Source of the DNA: Callorhinchus milii
Taxonomy: Eukaryota
Assembly: GCF_018977255.1 (NCBI RefSeq)
Contig: NW_024705261.1
Coordinates: forward strand, 1-58,429
Reading direction: 5' to 3'
Length of the DNA stretch: 58,429 bases
This document shows positions 48,141-58,255 of the stretch, piece after piece; position 1 is the first letter of the stretch, and each line of letters begins with the position of its first letter. The notes under the pieces were generated by a model, which saw only the letters and a program-made list of their open reading frames with translations, made no database searches and had not been told where the DNA came from. The position numbers and the translations under genes were made by a program.

Positions 48141-50114
48141 ATGGACACGCGCCGGACAGCTCGTGCCAGGGTACCGGAGGCGGAGGACGCCGCTGCAGAT
48201 GTGGAGCCCGAGATGGCTGAAGGCGGCATCGAGCAGCCGGGGCCGAATCCATCCACACCTCAGCATCTGGATGGAGGGGAGCCGTCGGTAGATGGACTGC
48301 GGCAGGCTCACGCGAAACTGGCGGAGCTGCTGTACGCTGCTGCCGCCACGCTCGAAGAAATCACACGACCAGTACGGCTTCCCGCCATTTCGACAGAGCC
48401 GGACTTCGAATCTCCCGCCATCGCCGCAGCAGCTGCTGAGGGTGTGGCCGGCCTGAGCCTCGCGTCCGACGTTGGGCGTACAGTAGCTGCCGCGTCATCA
48501 CCAGCGGACACCGCGTCACCACTGGTGCGACCGGCGATGCCATTCGTCGTTCGCGCCGAAGCCAAACCGAGTGACGAGAGCAACGGGGAGCGACCTTCCA
48601 CGGCGGCCGCTGCATTGCACCAACGGCTACCTCCCCTCAAGGAATTTGTGGGCGAGGAGGGAGACTGGGGCGGCTTCCAGCGGCGCTTCCTCGCACACCA
48701 GGAAATGGCGCAGTGGACAGATGCCGAGGCTCTCCGCGCGCTGCCGGCGCTCCTTGACAGCGATGCCCTCGCCACTCTTACCTCGACGCCGAAAGACAAG
48801 CGCTCCACGCTGCAGATGGCACTGCAGTTGCTGGCTGCAGTCTACGGACCACCGTCTGACTGCAGACAGCTCTTTTACGATCGCCAGCGGGGTGCAAAGG
48901 AGTCGCCCCTGGCGTTTCGTACGAGTCTCCTGGCGCTGGCAAGATCGGCCTTCCCACGAATGGACGACGAGGGCGTGGACGCCATGGTAACAGAGAAGAT
49001 CCTCTTGCTGGCTGACGAACTGGACATCGTCGTCGTGGCGCAGGACGACGCTGAAATGTCTTCCTTCCAAGCCGCACGACTCTTCCACGCCAACCTACTC
49101 TCGCAGCGACGAAAGGCCAGCAAGGCAGCGACCGGGCGTGCTGTGGCTGCAGCCACCCTCCCGGCGGAGGAAATTTGCGCCGTCGACCGTCGACTGCAGC
49201 AGGGAGCGGGAGTACGGGCGGGCCGGGATGGATCGAGCCGCCTCGACCAGCCAACGTCATCGCCAGCGCTCCCGCGCTGTTACAACTGCGGCCTTCGGGG
49301 TCATGTCGCCTCGGGGTGCCGCTCTCCCCGACAGCGCGGGACGACGCCTCGACAGGACGCCGGCCTCCTCCCAAGCTCCATCAACATAACCCGGCGAGTC
49401 GCGGCACCCCTCATGTTTGGCCCACGCACACACCCGTCACACACTCACGCACCGCAACGAACGGGGGGCCGATTGCACACCGTCGCGCCAACACGTACCA
49501 CTGTGGGGACTAATATCGAACCCAGCCAGTGGTCCGTGTTGGCCCATCGCGTTGTGGCCGCGTCGTCGGGGTCGTCAGCCGTTGTGGGGCACATTGACGG
49601 GGTTGAGGTGCGCATCCTGGTCGATACGGGAGCATCGGCGACCATTATTTCGGAATTAATTTACAATATTCTTCCTGTCCAGAGCCGTCCTTTGCTGCCC
49701 GTTGATGTTCCGTTCTATGCGGCTAACGGGGGCTCACTTGGTATCATTGGACAAATTCGAGCGCAAATTTGTATCGGTGATATCAAATTATCTGGCCCGA
49801 TTTTTGTCTCCTCCTCGCTGGCGGTTCCGTGCCTGCTGGGGACGGACTTCCTGGGCAAAATGCCGATCCGTATTTTAATCGACCAGGGCTGTATTGAGCT
49901 CCCGTCGGGCCGACGCATGGCGTTTCTGCCGGCCCCCTCTGCGGGTCGGGCGGCGTTCGCGACGGTACCGGCGTTCGTTGATAGAACGGTACGCGTACCG
50001 CCGGGGGCACAGATGTTGGTGCCTCTTAAACTTCGTCGGCCCTTCGCTAAAGGCATTGGGGACCAGGGGTTCTGCTGGGGCCGTCTAGGGTCGGGGTTAG
50101 CGGACCTCATTTAA
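48141..50114 (+). CDS. gag: Gypsy Gag-protease portion of the polyprotein (657 aa up to the first frameshift)
   Basis: CCHC zinc knuckle CYNCGLRGHVASGC and aspartic protease ILVDTGASATI...CLLGTDFL in one frame. Confidence 0.92.
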   Translation: MDTRRTARARVPEAEDAAADVEPEMAEGGIEQPGPNPSTPQHLDGGEPSVDGLRQAHAKLAELLYAAAATLEEITRPVRLPAISTEPDFESPAIAAAAAEGVAGLSLASDVGRTVAAASSPADTASPLVRPAMPFVVRAEAKPSDESNGERPSTAAAALHQRLPPLKEFVGEEGDWGGFQRRFLAHQEMAQWTDAEALRALPALLDSDALATLTSTPKDKRSTLQMALQLLAAVYGPPSDCRQLFYDRQRGAKESPLAFRTSLLALARSAFPRMDDEGVDAMVTEKILLLADELDIVVVAQDDAEMSSFQAARLFHANLLSQRRKASKAATGRAVAAATLPAEEICAVDRRLQQGAGVRAGRDGSSRLDQPTSSPALPRCYNCGLRGHVASGCRSPRQRGTTPRQDAGLLPSSINITRRVAAPLMFGPRTHPSHTHAPQRTGGRLHTVAPTRTTVGTNIEPSQWSVLAHRVVAASSGSSAVVGHIDGVEVRILVDTGASATIISELIYNILPVQSRPLLPVDVPFYAANGGSLGIIGQIRAQICIGDIKLSGPIFVSSSLAVPCLLGTDFLGKMPIRILIDQGCIELPSGRRMAFLPAPSAGRAAFATVPAFVDRTVRVPPGAQMLVPLKLRRPFAKGIGDQGFCWGRLGSGLADLI

Positions 50115-53100
50115 TTCCGGCCCAGACCATCGTTAAAGGGGACGGGGACCCCTTCATCGCGGTCCTCAATGTGGGCTCGCAGACGGTGGTGGTTCCACAG
50201 GGGACCGTGCTTGCTCACGCAACGCCGGTGCCCTGTGAGGAACCCGTCGCGAATCACGTGAGCACTGCCCCTCTGCCGCGACCACATACGGACAGCGATG
50301 AAGGGTGGCTCGAGGCGCTTTGTGCGGGATCGACGGACCTGTCGGATTTAGAGCGTCAAAAGCTTAAAACACTGCTGCGTGAATTTTCCGACGTTTTCAG
50401 TCGGAACAAATACGATTTGGGCTGTACTCATCTGCTGCGTCACCATATTGATACGGGTGACAGCGCGCCAATACGCCAGAATCCTTTTCGGTTAAGTCCC
50501 GCCGAAAAGGACCATGTCAAATCGGCCGTTGATGACATGTTAGCCGCCGACATCATTTCTCCTTCTACCAGCCCTTGGGGAGCGCCGATTGTCTTAGTTA
50601 AAAACATGACGGCTCGTTGCGGTTTTGCGTCGATTTTCGTCGCCTCAACAAAATTTCTGTTGCCGACGCATACCCGCTCCCACGGATGGACGAATCGCTT
50701 GACGCCTTGGCGGGAGCGCGATTCTTCTCCACATTGGATTTGCTTTCGGGATTCTGGCAGCTTCCTCTGGACGATGATTCAAAACCTAAAACTGCATTCC
50801 GTACACCGCACGGCCTGTTCCAATTCAACCGGTTGCCGATGGGACTCCACTCAGCGCCGGCAACTTTCCAGCGATTGATGGAATTGGTTTTGGCTGGATT
50901 ACAATGGGACTCGTGCTTGATTTATTTGGATGACGTTATCGTCTTTAGCAAAACATTTGACGAACATCTCCAGAGGTTGCGGGCGGTTTTCCTCAAAATG
51001 CGGGCTGCTAATTTGAAATTTAAACCCCAAAAATGTCATCTGTTACGCGAATCGGTGCGTTATTTGGGACATATCGTCGGACGCTCAGGTATTGCTACCG
51101 ATCCCGCCAAAACGCAGTGCGTCAGCTCCTGGCCGACTCCCACCTCTGTGGGAGAGGTCAGGAGTTTCATTGGATTCGCGTCATATTACCGGTGGTTTGT
51201 CGCGGATTTTGTGAGGATTGCGAAGCCCCTACACGCTTTGACATCAAAGGGGTCCGGTTTCATTGGGGACAGGAGGAGGAGGCTGCTTTCCGATCCCTCC
51301 GGGACGCTCTGGTAAAGGCTCCTCCCTTGGTTTACCCCGATTTTTCAAACCCTTTTTGCTCGACACCGACGCGAGCAACACGGGTATTGGGGGCGTGCTT
51401 TCCCAGGTGGTTGACGGCGTGGAACGGGTAGTCGCGTACGGTAGTCGGGTGTTGTCTCCAGCGGAGCAAAGATATTGTGTCACCCGTCGGGAACTGTTGG
51501 CAATTGTTAACTTCATCCAACAGTATCGCCCATATCTGTACGGTCGGCATTTCACCGTCCGCACAGATCATGCGGCACTACAGTACGCCCTGCGAGTTCA
51601 ACAACCATCGGGACAATTGTCTCGATGGTTGGAGATTCTCCAGGACTTCGATTTTGAAACTACGTACCGTAAGGGCGTTCGCCACACCAATGCGGACGCT
51701 CTGTCGCGGATGCCAACCACCTCCGAATGCGCATGCCTCCTGGGGTCGGGACGTTGCAGGCCTGCGGGTGAGATATCCGTTCCGGTCTTGGCGGCCGCCG
51801 CTGACGCAACGTCGATGACGAATTCGATTGCACAACAGGGAAAAATTCCTTGTTGGGGTTGCCTGTCGCTGAATGGGGGCGCCTCCAGATGGAGGATACC
51901 TCCCTCCTCGCGTTGCGTCGTCGCGTCGGCAGTACTGCGTGAGGGAAGGGTGATGCCGACTCATGGGAAATGGTCCAGGGTCTGCTGATGCATTGGGACG
52001 GGAGATCCCATCGACACCGGCTGGTGGTCCCTTCTGGGTTGCGGGGTAAGGTGGTGTGGGCCGCTCATGAGCGCCTCCTCCACCTGGGGACCCAAAAGAC
52101 CCTCGCCATGTTCCAGCTTGATTTTGTTTGGCCAGGCATGACAAGGGATGTCGGGGATCTGTTGGGGTCATGTCCTCATGTGCGCAACGGAAACCACCAG
52201 CACGGGAGTCTAACCCGCCTTTGCAATCTATCAAAGTTTCCAGAGTCAACGAGCTTGTCGCGCTTGATATTCTGGGCCCATTCCCCGCCACCCCCAGGGG
52301 CAATAGATACTTGTTGACCGGGGTGGAATATTTTACGCGCTGGCCTATGGCCTGGCCCCTTGCCAACCAGTCGGCAGCAGCCATCGTGGAGGCCTTTGTC
52401 CAGGGATACGTCCTGGACAAAGGTGCTCCGGAGCGGCTGCTGACCGACCAGGGCAAACATTTTTCTGGCAAACTTCTACAAGAAGTCTGTGAGCTCCTGG
52501 GCACGAAAAAAATTCGTACCTCCCCATATCACCCGCAAACTGACGGGATGGTCGAGCGTCTGCATCGAACCATCACGTCGATGCTGTCCCAACAGGTCTC
52601 GGACTCACAGACCGATTGGGACCTGCAAATTCAAGGGGTCTTGGCAGCATATAGAATGGCCCCCCATGCGGCAACGGGATTTTCCCCCTTCTTCTTGATG
52701 TATGGCCGCGAACCTGACCCGCCTGTTCGGACCCAGCTGCAGATCCCCGCGCCGCAGGGTAAAACTAAATTGGCCGACCACGTTAAATTCAAATTGCTAA
52801 ATTAACAGAGGCACGGGAGGCTGCTATGCAAAATTCCGACCTCCGCCAGAAAGCTAACGAGAGGCTCAGACTGGGTCGGGCGCACGTGCTGCAGTGGAAG
52901 CCGGGGGACAAGGCATGGTTACACTGTCCACAGGTACCACTTGCAACCTCCTCTAAACTGGTGCGGCCGTGGCGGGGCCCTGTGGAGGTGGTTGAGGTTT
53001 TGCGGCCTCAGTGTGTACGCATCAAATGGGGGAAGCGGCGGTGGTTTGTGCACCCCTCCAGATTGAAACCGTTCGTTGCGGTCCAAGTTCCCACTTCACA

Positions 53101-53374
53101 CACGCGTGGCCAGACATGTGGGGGGTCGACCGACTCACAGGGTCCGTCTCCGCTGCTCTCACCTAACGTGCTGCCGGCTGTCCCGCCCCCAGGTGCACCG
53201 GGAGTGACGGGCTCACGCCCGACAACCCCTCCTGGGGATGCCGAGGGTCACGCGGCATTGAAAAAAGACTCACTCGGAGACGGACAGTTGCCACCCGACA
53301 GTCCGCCATCCGGGGTTGCCCCGTGTGACGGGCCTGCTGCAAGAACGCGCGCGAAAATGCGCAGACTTTTGTGA
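50070..53374 (+). pseudogene. pol: Gypsy pol (RT, RNase H, integrase with GPY/F-like motif), split by single-base frameshifts
   Basis: HHIDTGD...SPWGAPIVLV; RFCVDFRRLN...YLDD; LDTDASNTGIGGVLSQ...HTNADALSR; HERLLHLG; LDILGPFP, LLTDQG, YHPQTDGMVER; WRGPVEV. Confidence 0.92.
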
Positions 53375-53648
53375 TGCCGGAGAAATGTACATATGTTGTG
53401 TTCATTGTGTGTTGTGTGTGGTGTGGTTCCCTGCAAATTGTATATAGGGTGCTCTTACGGAATTCGTATTTATTCGGGGGGGGGGGGGGGGGGTGCGTCG
53501 GGTTATTTTCTCTTCTTGCTGTTGTTGTTCTTGTTGTTGTTCTCGTTCTCGTTATTGTTGGAAAAAAATTGTGAGGCACACGCGGGTTCAAGGGGTAAAT
53601 ACACCTTTATTGTCGTTTTGTTGCAGCCGGGACGGCTGCGAGCTGTAC

Positions 53649-53667
53649 GGGGGGGGGGGGGGGGGGG
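53649..53667 (+). promoter_or_regulatory. Polypurine tract (G19)
   Basis: G run ending 3 nt before the 3' LTR. Confidence 0.85.
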
Positions 53668-53670
53668 TGA

Positions 53671-54262
53671 TGTAGGGGTGTTACGGAGGGGCTGTTATAC
53701 ATGGGATCACACGGGAAACAAACACAGTGGGCGTGGCTATGTGAGTGCACGGGGAGGTGCTCTCAACGACGTCCGCACCGGGCAGCCTGGGGGGCTGACT
53801 CGGAGCTGTGATCCCCCGGGCCCCACCCCTCAGCGGGGTTTTGGTATAAAAGGGGATGAGCCGGAGGGCTCGGGAGGATGATGTTAAGCTAAACCAGTGA
53901 AGACGAAGATCGTCTAGATAGAGCCCTGGACTCCCCTGGATCGCCACCCTTATCAGGGCCGAAAAGGACCGAGCCAGCGGCGTGGTCCCGGGAGCCAGAG
54001 CCGGTGCTCTTATCAGAGCTGGTCTGGGACTCCGGGTACCGTAAGCCCGACTTACCAGTGTCGGGCTAGATAGCCTCCCCTAGCCCGTTAGTGGAGGACT
54101 AGGAGGTAGGCTAGACGTAGCTAGCAAGTGTATCCCCAGCTAGCCGGGTGAGGGGGCCGATACCCCCTCCAGTGTTGTATGTCCGCGATTGTGCCATACT
54201 GACGCAGAATAAATACGTGTGCCTCCAACCCCGGCGTCCAAGAGTCCTGGAACGTTCTTACA
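53671..54262 (+). repeat. 3' LTR (592 bp)
   Basis: Differs from the 5' LTR by 6 substitutions and 4 single-base homopolymer deletions (manual alignment). Confidence 0.97.
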
Positions 54263-55055
54263 CAAGCAAGCAAGCACGCAAGCAAGCAAGCAAGCACGCG
54301 AACTTAATATAAAGGATTTAATAATAACAAGTAAACCCGTAAAAACAAAGTTTTTCACTATAAATCCTTTATATGCGTGGCGGCTAGAGTCCTCTCGTCT
54401 TCTGGCTTTAGATGGCTGCCACCTATGGGTCAGATGATTGTCTGCCACCATTAAGCAATTGGTAATTAAATATTTAATTTGTTTTCCCTAAACAGTGTAA
54501 AATTTTGGATTTTTTTCACGAAAATTAATTGTCATACACAACGAGTCTGTGTGGAAAATGTCAGCTCGATTGGATCACGGGAAGTGGGTTAAAAAACAAG
54601 CGAAAGATTTGCACGGTCCTAAGCAAGCAAGCGAACTTAATATAAAGGATTTAAAAATATATTCGCCTGTGGAGGACGCGGGGATCGATCCCGCGACCTT
54701 TGGCATGGGAAGCGAGGGCGCTACCAACTGCGCTACTCCACCACGGCCTGTGGAGGGTTACGCTCTGGGCTCTTACACTCTGACGTTCAGCCAAAGCCAT
54801 GAATGCGTTCTATTTGAATATATGTAAAATACATTTTTTTGCCTAAAAAGTGTTACATTTTGGGAATTTTTTTTCACGAACAATAAGTGTCTGGCACAAC
54901 GAGTCTGTGTGGAAAATGTCAGCTCGATTGGATCACGGTAAGTGGGTTAAAAAACGACCGAAAGATTTGCACGGTCCTAAGCAAGCAAGCAAGCACGCAA
55001 GCAAGCAAGCACGCAAGCAAACAAGCACGCGAACTTAATATAAAGGATTTAAAAA
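54263..55055 (-). mobile_element. HINE/DINE-1-like array, right part
   Basis: Resumes in the (CAAG)n tract after the LTR; 54328-54985 is a near-identical tandem copy of 46856-47515. Confidence 0.7.
54670..54742 (-). pseudogene. tRNA-like segment, second copy
   Basis: One substitution relative to 47200-47272 (GGTAGCGC, giving D-stem GCGC/GCGC). Confidence 0.7.
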
Positions 55056-55131
55056 GATATTGGCCTCCGTGCAGTTTGCCGTTCTCGGTGTGCTCTGTGT
55101 GTGATGTCCCTCTGTGTGTTTTGCCTCATTT

Positions 55132-55174
55132 TCACCTGATGACGAGCGTTTGTGTTGCGTCGGAAACGTCGTGA
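55132..55174 (+). ncRNA. Minimal hammerhead ribozyme (PLE type)
   Basis: UCAC-CUGAUGA-CGAGCGU-uuguguu-GCGUCG-GAAAC-GUC-GUGA; shares its upstream flank with the 8459 copy; conserved motif follows at 55215-55275. Confidence 0.75.
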
Positions 55175-55325
55175 TTTATTTTAATTTAATTTGTGATTTA
55201 TTTTATTTCTACATACGTGACTTTACCGAAAGAACCTATGAGTATAGTAATTCCTGCAGTCACGAAAGCTTCAATTCTATATTTATACCTGTCAAGTTAA
55301 TATATATTTTAATGGGGCATATTTT

Positions 55326-55483
55326 TTAATCCTTTATATTAAGTTCGCTTGCTTGCTTGCTTGCGTGCTTGCTTGCTTGCTTTCGACCGTGCAAATCTTT
55401 CGGTCGTTTTTTAACCCACTTCCCGTGATCCAATCGAGCTGACATTATCCACACAGACTCGTTGACAATTTATTTTCGTGAAA
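55326..55483 (+). mobile_element. HINE-like element, 5' part
   Basis: AATCCTTTATATTAAGTTCGCTTGCTTGC...CCCACTTCCCGTGATCCAATCGAGCTGACA. Confidence 0.7.
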
Positions 55484-55519
55484 GTACTCACGCGTCTCTT
55501 TGAACTGTGCGAAGAGGTA

Positions 55520-55760
55520 CACATATTGTCAAGTCTTCGCCCTCTCAGACCGATCAGCGTGGAAACGTTCTCCGGACTTTTGGCTTCACGTCGAGTATCC
55601 TGGACTCGCCGACAACAGCTCTGAAGCGCCTATTGCTGTTTCCAATATCGTACAACAGCGAAATTGGATTTTCAACACTTGTAGTTTTGAAAACAAACAC
55701 GGATGAACGTGAAGCCTGATATAAGGCCTCAAGCCCTCCACCTTGACGTCAGACTTACCG
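55520..55760 (+). pseudogene. hAT (Charlie/Buster) transposase C-terminal dimerisation-domain fragment
   Basis: DFWLHVEYPGLA, then in a shifted frame ALKRLLLFPISYNSEIGFSTLVVLKT, then NVKPDIR; matches the hATC pattern FW...EYP.LA..ALK.LL.F.TTY.CE.GFS. Confidence 0.75.
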
Positions 55761-56189
55761 TTACTCTTGTCTCAATGAACGCGGCATCATTCGCTCCGTA
55801 ATAGTGAAAAATGTGAGAGGAAGAGATAAGTGCAGTGGCAGTTTTGTGGTGAAATGTCGTGCGTATGTTGAACCGGGGTCGCACTGTACGTAGCCAACCG
55901 TGTGACTTGGTGCGGTTTGGCCAAATGTTACAGAAACCGCTGCGCCACAGCTCACCCCTACAAAACACACAAACACGTAAACATATCCCCCGTATAGCCT
56001 TAACAGACTGTTGGGGCAAGTGCTGTCAGCAAGTAGCACCTATGAAGTCGGGCACGGCACACGAAGGGGTGTGTGGCCAGCACCATGCCCGTCGCTTTTG
56101 TCTTCTTCATTGGAGGCTGAGTCGACCTAGGGGGAGGACCTGGATCGGTTCATATCAGCGTCAATGGGGTGGCCATCTAGATTTTAAGT

Positions 56190-56302
56190 GTTCGTGACTG
56201 CAGGGATCCATACTCTTTGGTTCTTTCGGTAAAGTCACGTTGGTATAAAATAAAATAAATCACGACGTTTCGATTACAACACAAGCAATCATCATCAGGT
56301 GG
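56190..56302 (-). ncRNA. PLE hammerhead (56260-56302) plus conserved 3' hairpin motif
   Basis: CAC-CUGAUGA-U-GAUUGC-uuguguu-GUAAUC-GAAAC-GUC-GUG, then ACGTGACTTTACCGAAAGAACCAAAGAGTATGGATCCCTGCAGTCACGAA. Confidence 0.8.
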
Positions 56303-57079
56303 GAAAACCACGGCAAGAATTGTTTTGCTGAAGTGGGAGAAAGAGTTGCCGTGGTAAGAGGTTATACAGGCCAGGAAGAGGGAGGAGCAATGTGGGGGAG
56401 AGGGAGGGGTAGGAGTGCTGCGTGGTGTAGTGGTACCAGGCGGATATGATCGATGACAACCACTACAAAGCATTTAAGGTTTTACCTGGTTAATAACATC
56501 CTTCCAATGATTGCTCAATATCAGTGGCGGCTCCTGCAAAATCTCTCAGGGGGGCAAATGTCTGGATGATTGATAAGGATAAGGTCCACCCATGCAATGG
56601 ATAAATTAACAGCTTAAGCATGTAAAGGCAACTTCACTTCTTTAATATTAATGAAAAATAAAGTGACTCTTACAATACATCTTGTTTGTTTCTATACTCA
56701 CTATTAAAACAAACCACTCAAGTTTCTTTTATTAAAGATTCCACTAGGTGGCCACAAATTATATTGTTGGATGAAACGTGCTTACGTATGATGACGTAAG
56801 CACGTATGATGACGTAAGCACGTTAGGGCGAGCTCTCCCGGAAGCCATAGAGAATGCATTGCAGCACCCCCGGTCGAAAAAAAACCATCTTTGAATGTAA
56901 GTCTATGGGGCCACTCGGGCGATTCTCAGCCGGAGTGAAATCGCCCAAAAAGAGGCGGTACTCCACAGAACGTGACATGACGCTGATTGGACTATATCCA
57001 GAGGCACAGTGATGGCTAGCGTGACTCTGTGGTTGAATGACATTGGTGGTTCGTCGCCCAATCGCCCTAATGAAGAAAC

Positions 57080-57205
57080 CGCCCCTGCTCAATATGTATC
57101 CATCTTCTCGGTTGAAGTTATGTCTATGTTTATATATCTGTATGGCTTCATGAACAAACCTTTGATGGTAGCCCGAAGGTTTGCAAAGTACCTTGGTCTC
57201 GGAAA
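57080..57205 (-). pseudogene. Penelope-like GIY-YIG endonuclease C-terminal fragment
   Basis: ETKVLCKPSGYHQRFVHEAIQIYKHRHNFNREDGYILS (EAI.I.KH...NFNR..G..LS); cut at its 5' side by a HINE-like copy. Confidence 0.8.
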
Positions 57206-57540
57206 AATTAACCCGTAAAAACAAAGTTTTTCACTATAAATCCTTTATATGCGTAGCATCGGTTTTATTTTATTATTCATTTCTGTTTTTCTTGAGTAAG
57301 AGTTTCATTTTTATCACATTGGTATTTTAAATTAAATATGAAATTTTCTTTTTCCTAAAAAGTGGAAAATTTAGGAAAAAAAATTTCACGAAAATAAATT
57401 GTCACGCACAACGAGTCTGTGTGCAAAATGTCAGCTCGATTGGATCACGGGAAGTGGGTTAAAAAACGACCGAAAGATTTGCACGGTCGTAAGCGCGCAA
57501 GCAAGCAAGCAAGTGAACTTAATATAAAGTATTTAAAAAA
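57206..57540 (-). mobile_element. HINE-like element with a variant internal segment
   Basis: Family termini and (CAAG)n are present; 57255-57340 is a different AT-rich sequence. Confidence 0.7.
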
Positions 57541-57634
57541 AACAATATCATGAGAGCCCACAGGGGTGGCTATGTTCGTCGGGTAGTGCGCTAACCACTA
57601 CACTACCGTTCGTCCTGCGATAAAATAAAAAAAA

Positions 57635-58250
57635 CATTTTAATTATACCAAATAAGGCCCACTAAGCTATAAAGCTCTTTTTAAATCCTTTATATTAAGT
57701 TCGCTTGCTTGCTTGCTTGCGTGCTTGCGTGCTTGTTTGCTTGCTTACGACCGTGCAAATCTTTCGGTCGTTATTTAACCCACTTCCCGTGATCCAATCG
57801 AGCTGACATTTTGCACACAGACTCGTTGTGCGAGACAATTAATGTTCGTGAAAATTTTTTCCAAAATTTTACACTGTTTAGGGAAAACAAATTAAATATT
57901 TAATTACCAATTGCTTAATACTGGCAGACAATCATCTGACCATAGGTGGCAGCCATCTCAAGCCAGAGGACGAGAAGACTCTAGCCGCCACGCATATAAA
58001 GGATTTATAGTGAAAAACTTTGTTTTTACGGGTTATACTTATTTAGAAGTGACCTGGCCACAAATGATCGCGAAACGAAGTTCCGTATCATCCTCACGTG
58101 GAAATGTATTGCAGCCAAATACTCAAAAGCGTGACGTTGATTCTAAATGTGGAGAGTAAAACCGGAGAGCCTGGAAAAAAAATCCACGTGACCACGGGGA
58201 CATTCACACAAATTCCAAATATACAGCAGTCAGGGTCAGCATCGAACCCC
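57635..58250 (-). mobile_element. V-SINE-type SINE interrupted by a HINE-like insertion
   Basis: B box GGTTCGATGC (~58240-58249), V-like core, and a tail (57635-57680) homologous to 5960-6000; colinear with 5780-6000 once 57680-58035 is removed. Confidence 0.65.
57680..58035 (+). mobile_element. Complete HINE/DINE-1-like element
   Basis: TTAAATCCTTTATAT-TAAGTTC(GCTT)n...ATATAAAGGATTT-ATAGTGAAAAACTTTGTTTTTACGGGTTA; inserted at a T run with no TSD. Confidence 0.72.
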
Positions 58251-58255
58251 TTAAA

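Larger units (their letters stand above)
47516..54262 (+). mobile_element. Full-length Ty3/Gypsy LTR retrotransposon (6747 bp), recent insertion
   Basis: Paired LTRs about 98% identical, TG...CA termini, 4-bp TSD CAAG (47512-47515, 54263-54266), PBS, gag-PR-RT-RH-IN, PPT. Confidence 0.97.

Noticed and set aside
51578-52504. 308-aa antisense ORF and other overlapping ORFs inside Gypsy (e.g. 48308-48808, 48778-49374)
   Set aside because: Shadow ORFs of GC-rich pol/gag sequence with no independent motifs.
46517-55055. Recurring repeats as a CRISPR array
   Set aside because: Units are 330-730 bp TE copies without unique spacers, no cas genes are present, and the context is eukaryotic.
56522-56560. 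CAGTGGCGGCTCC as a transposon TIR
   Set aside because: No matching second TIR or TSD found in the window.
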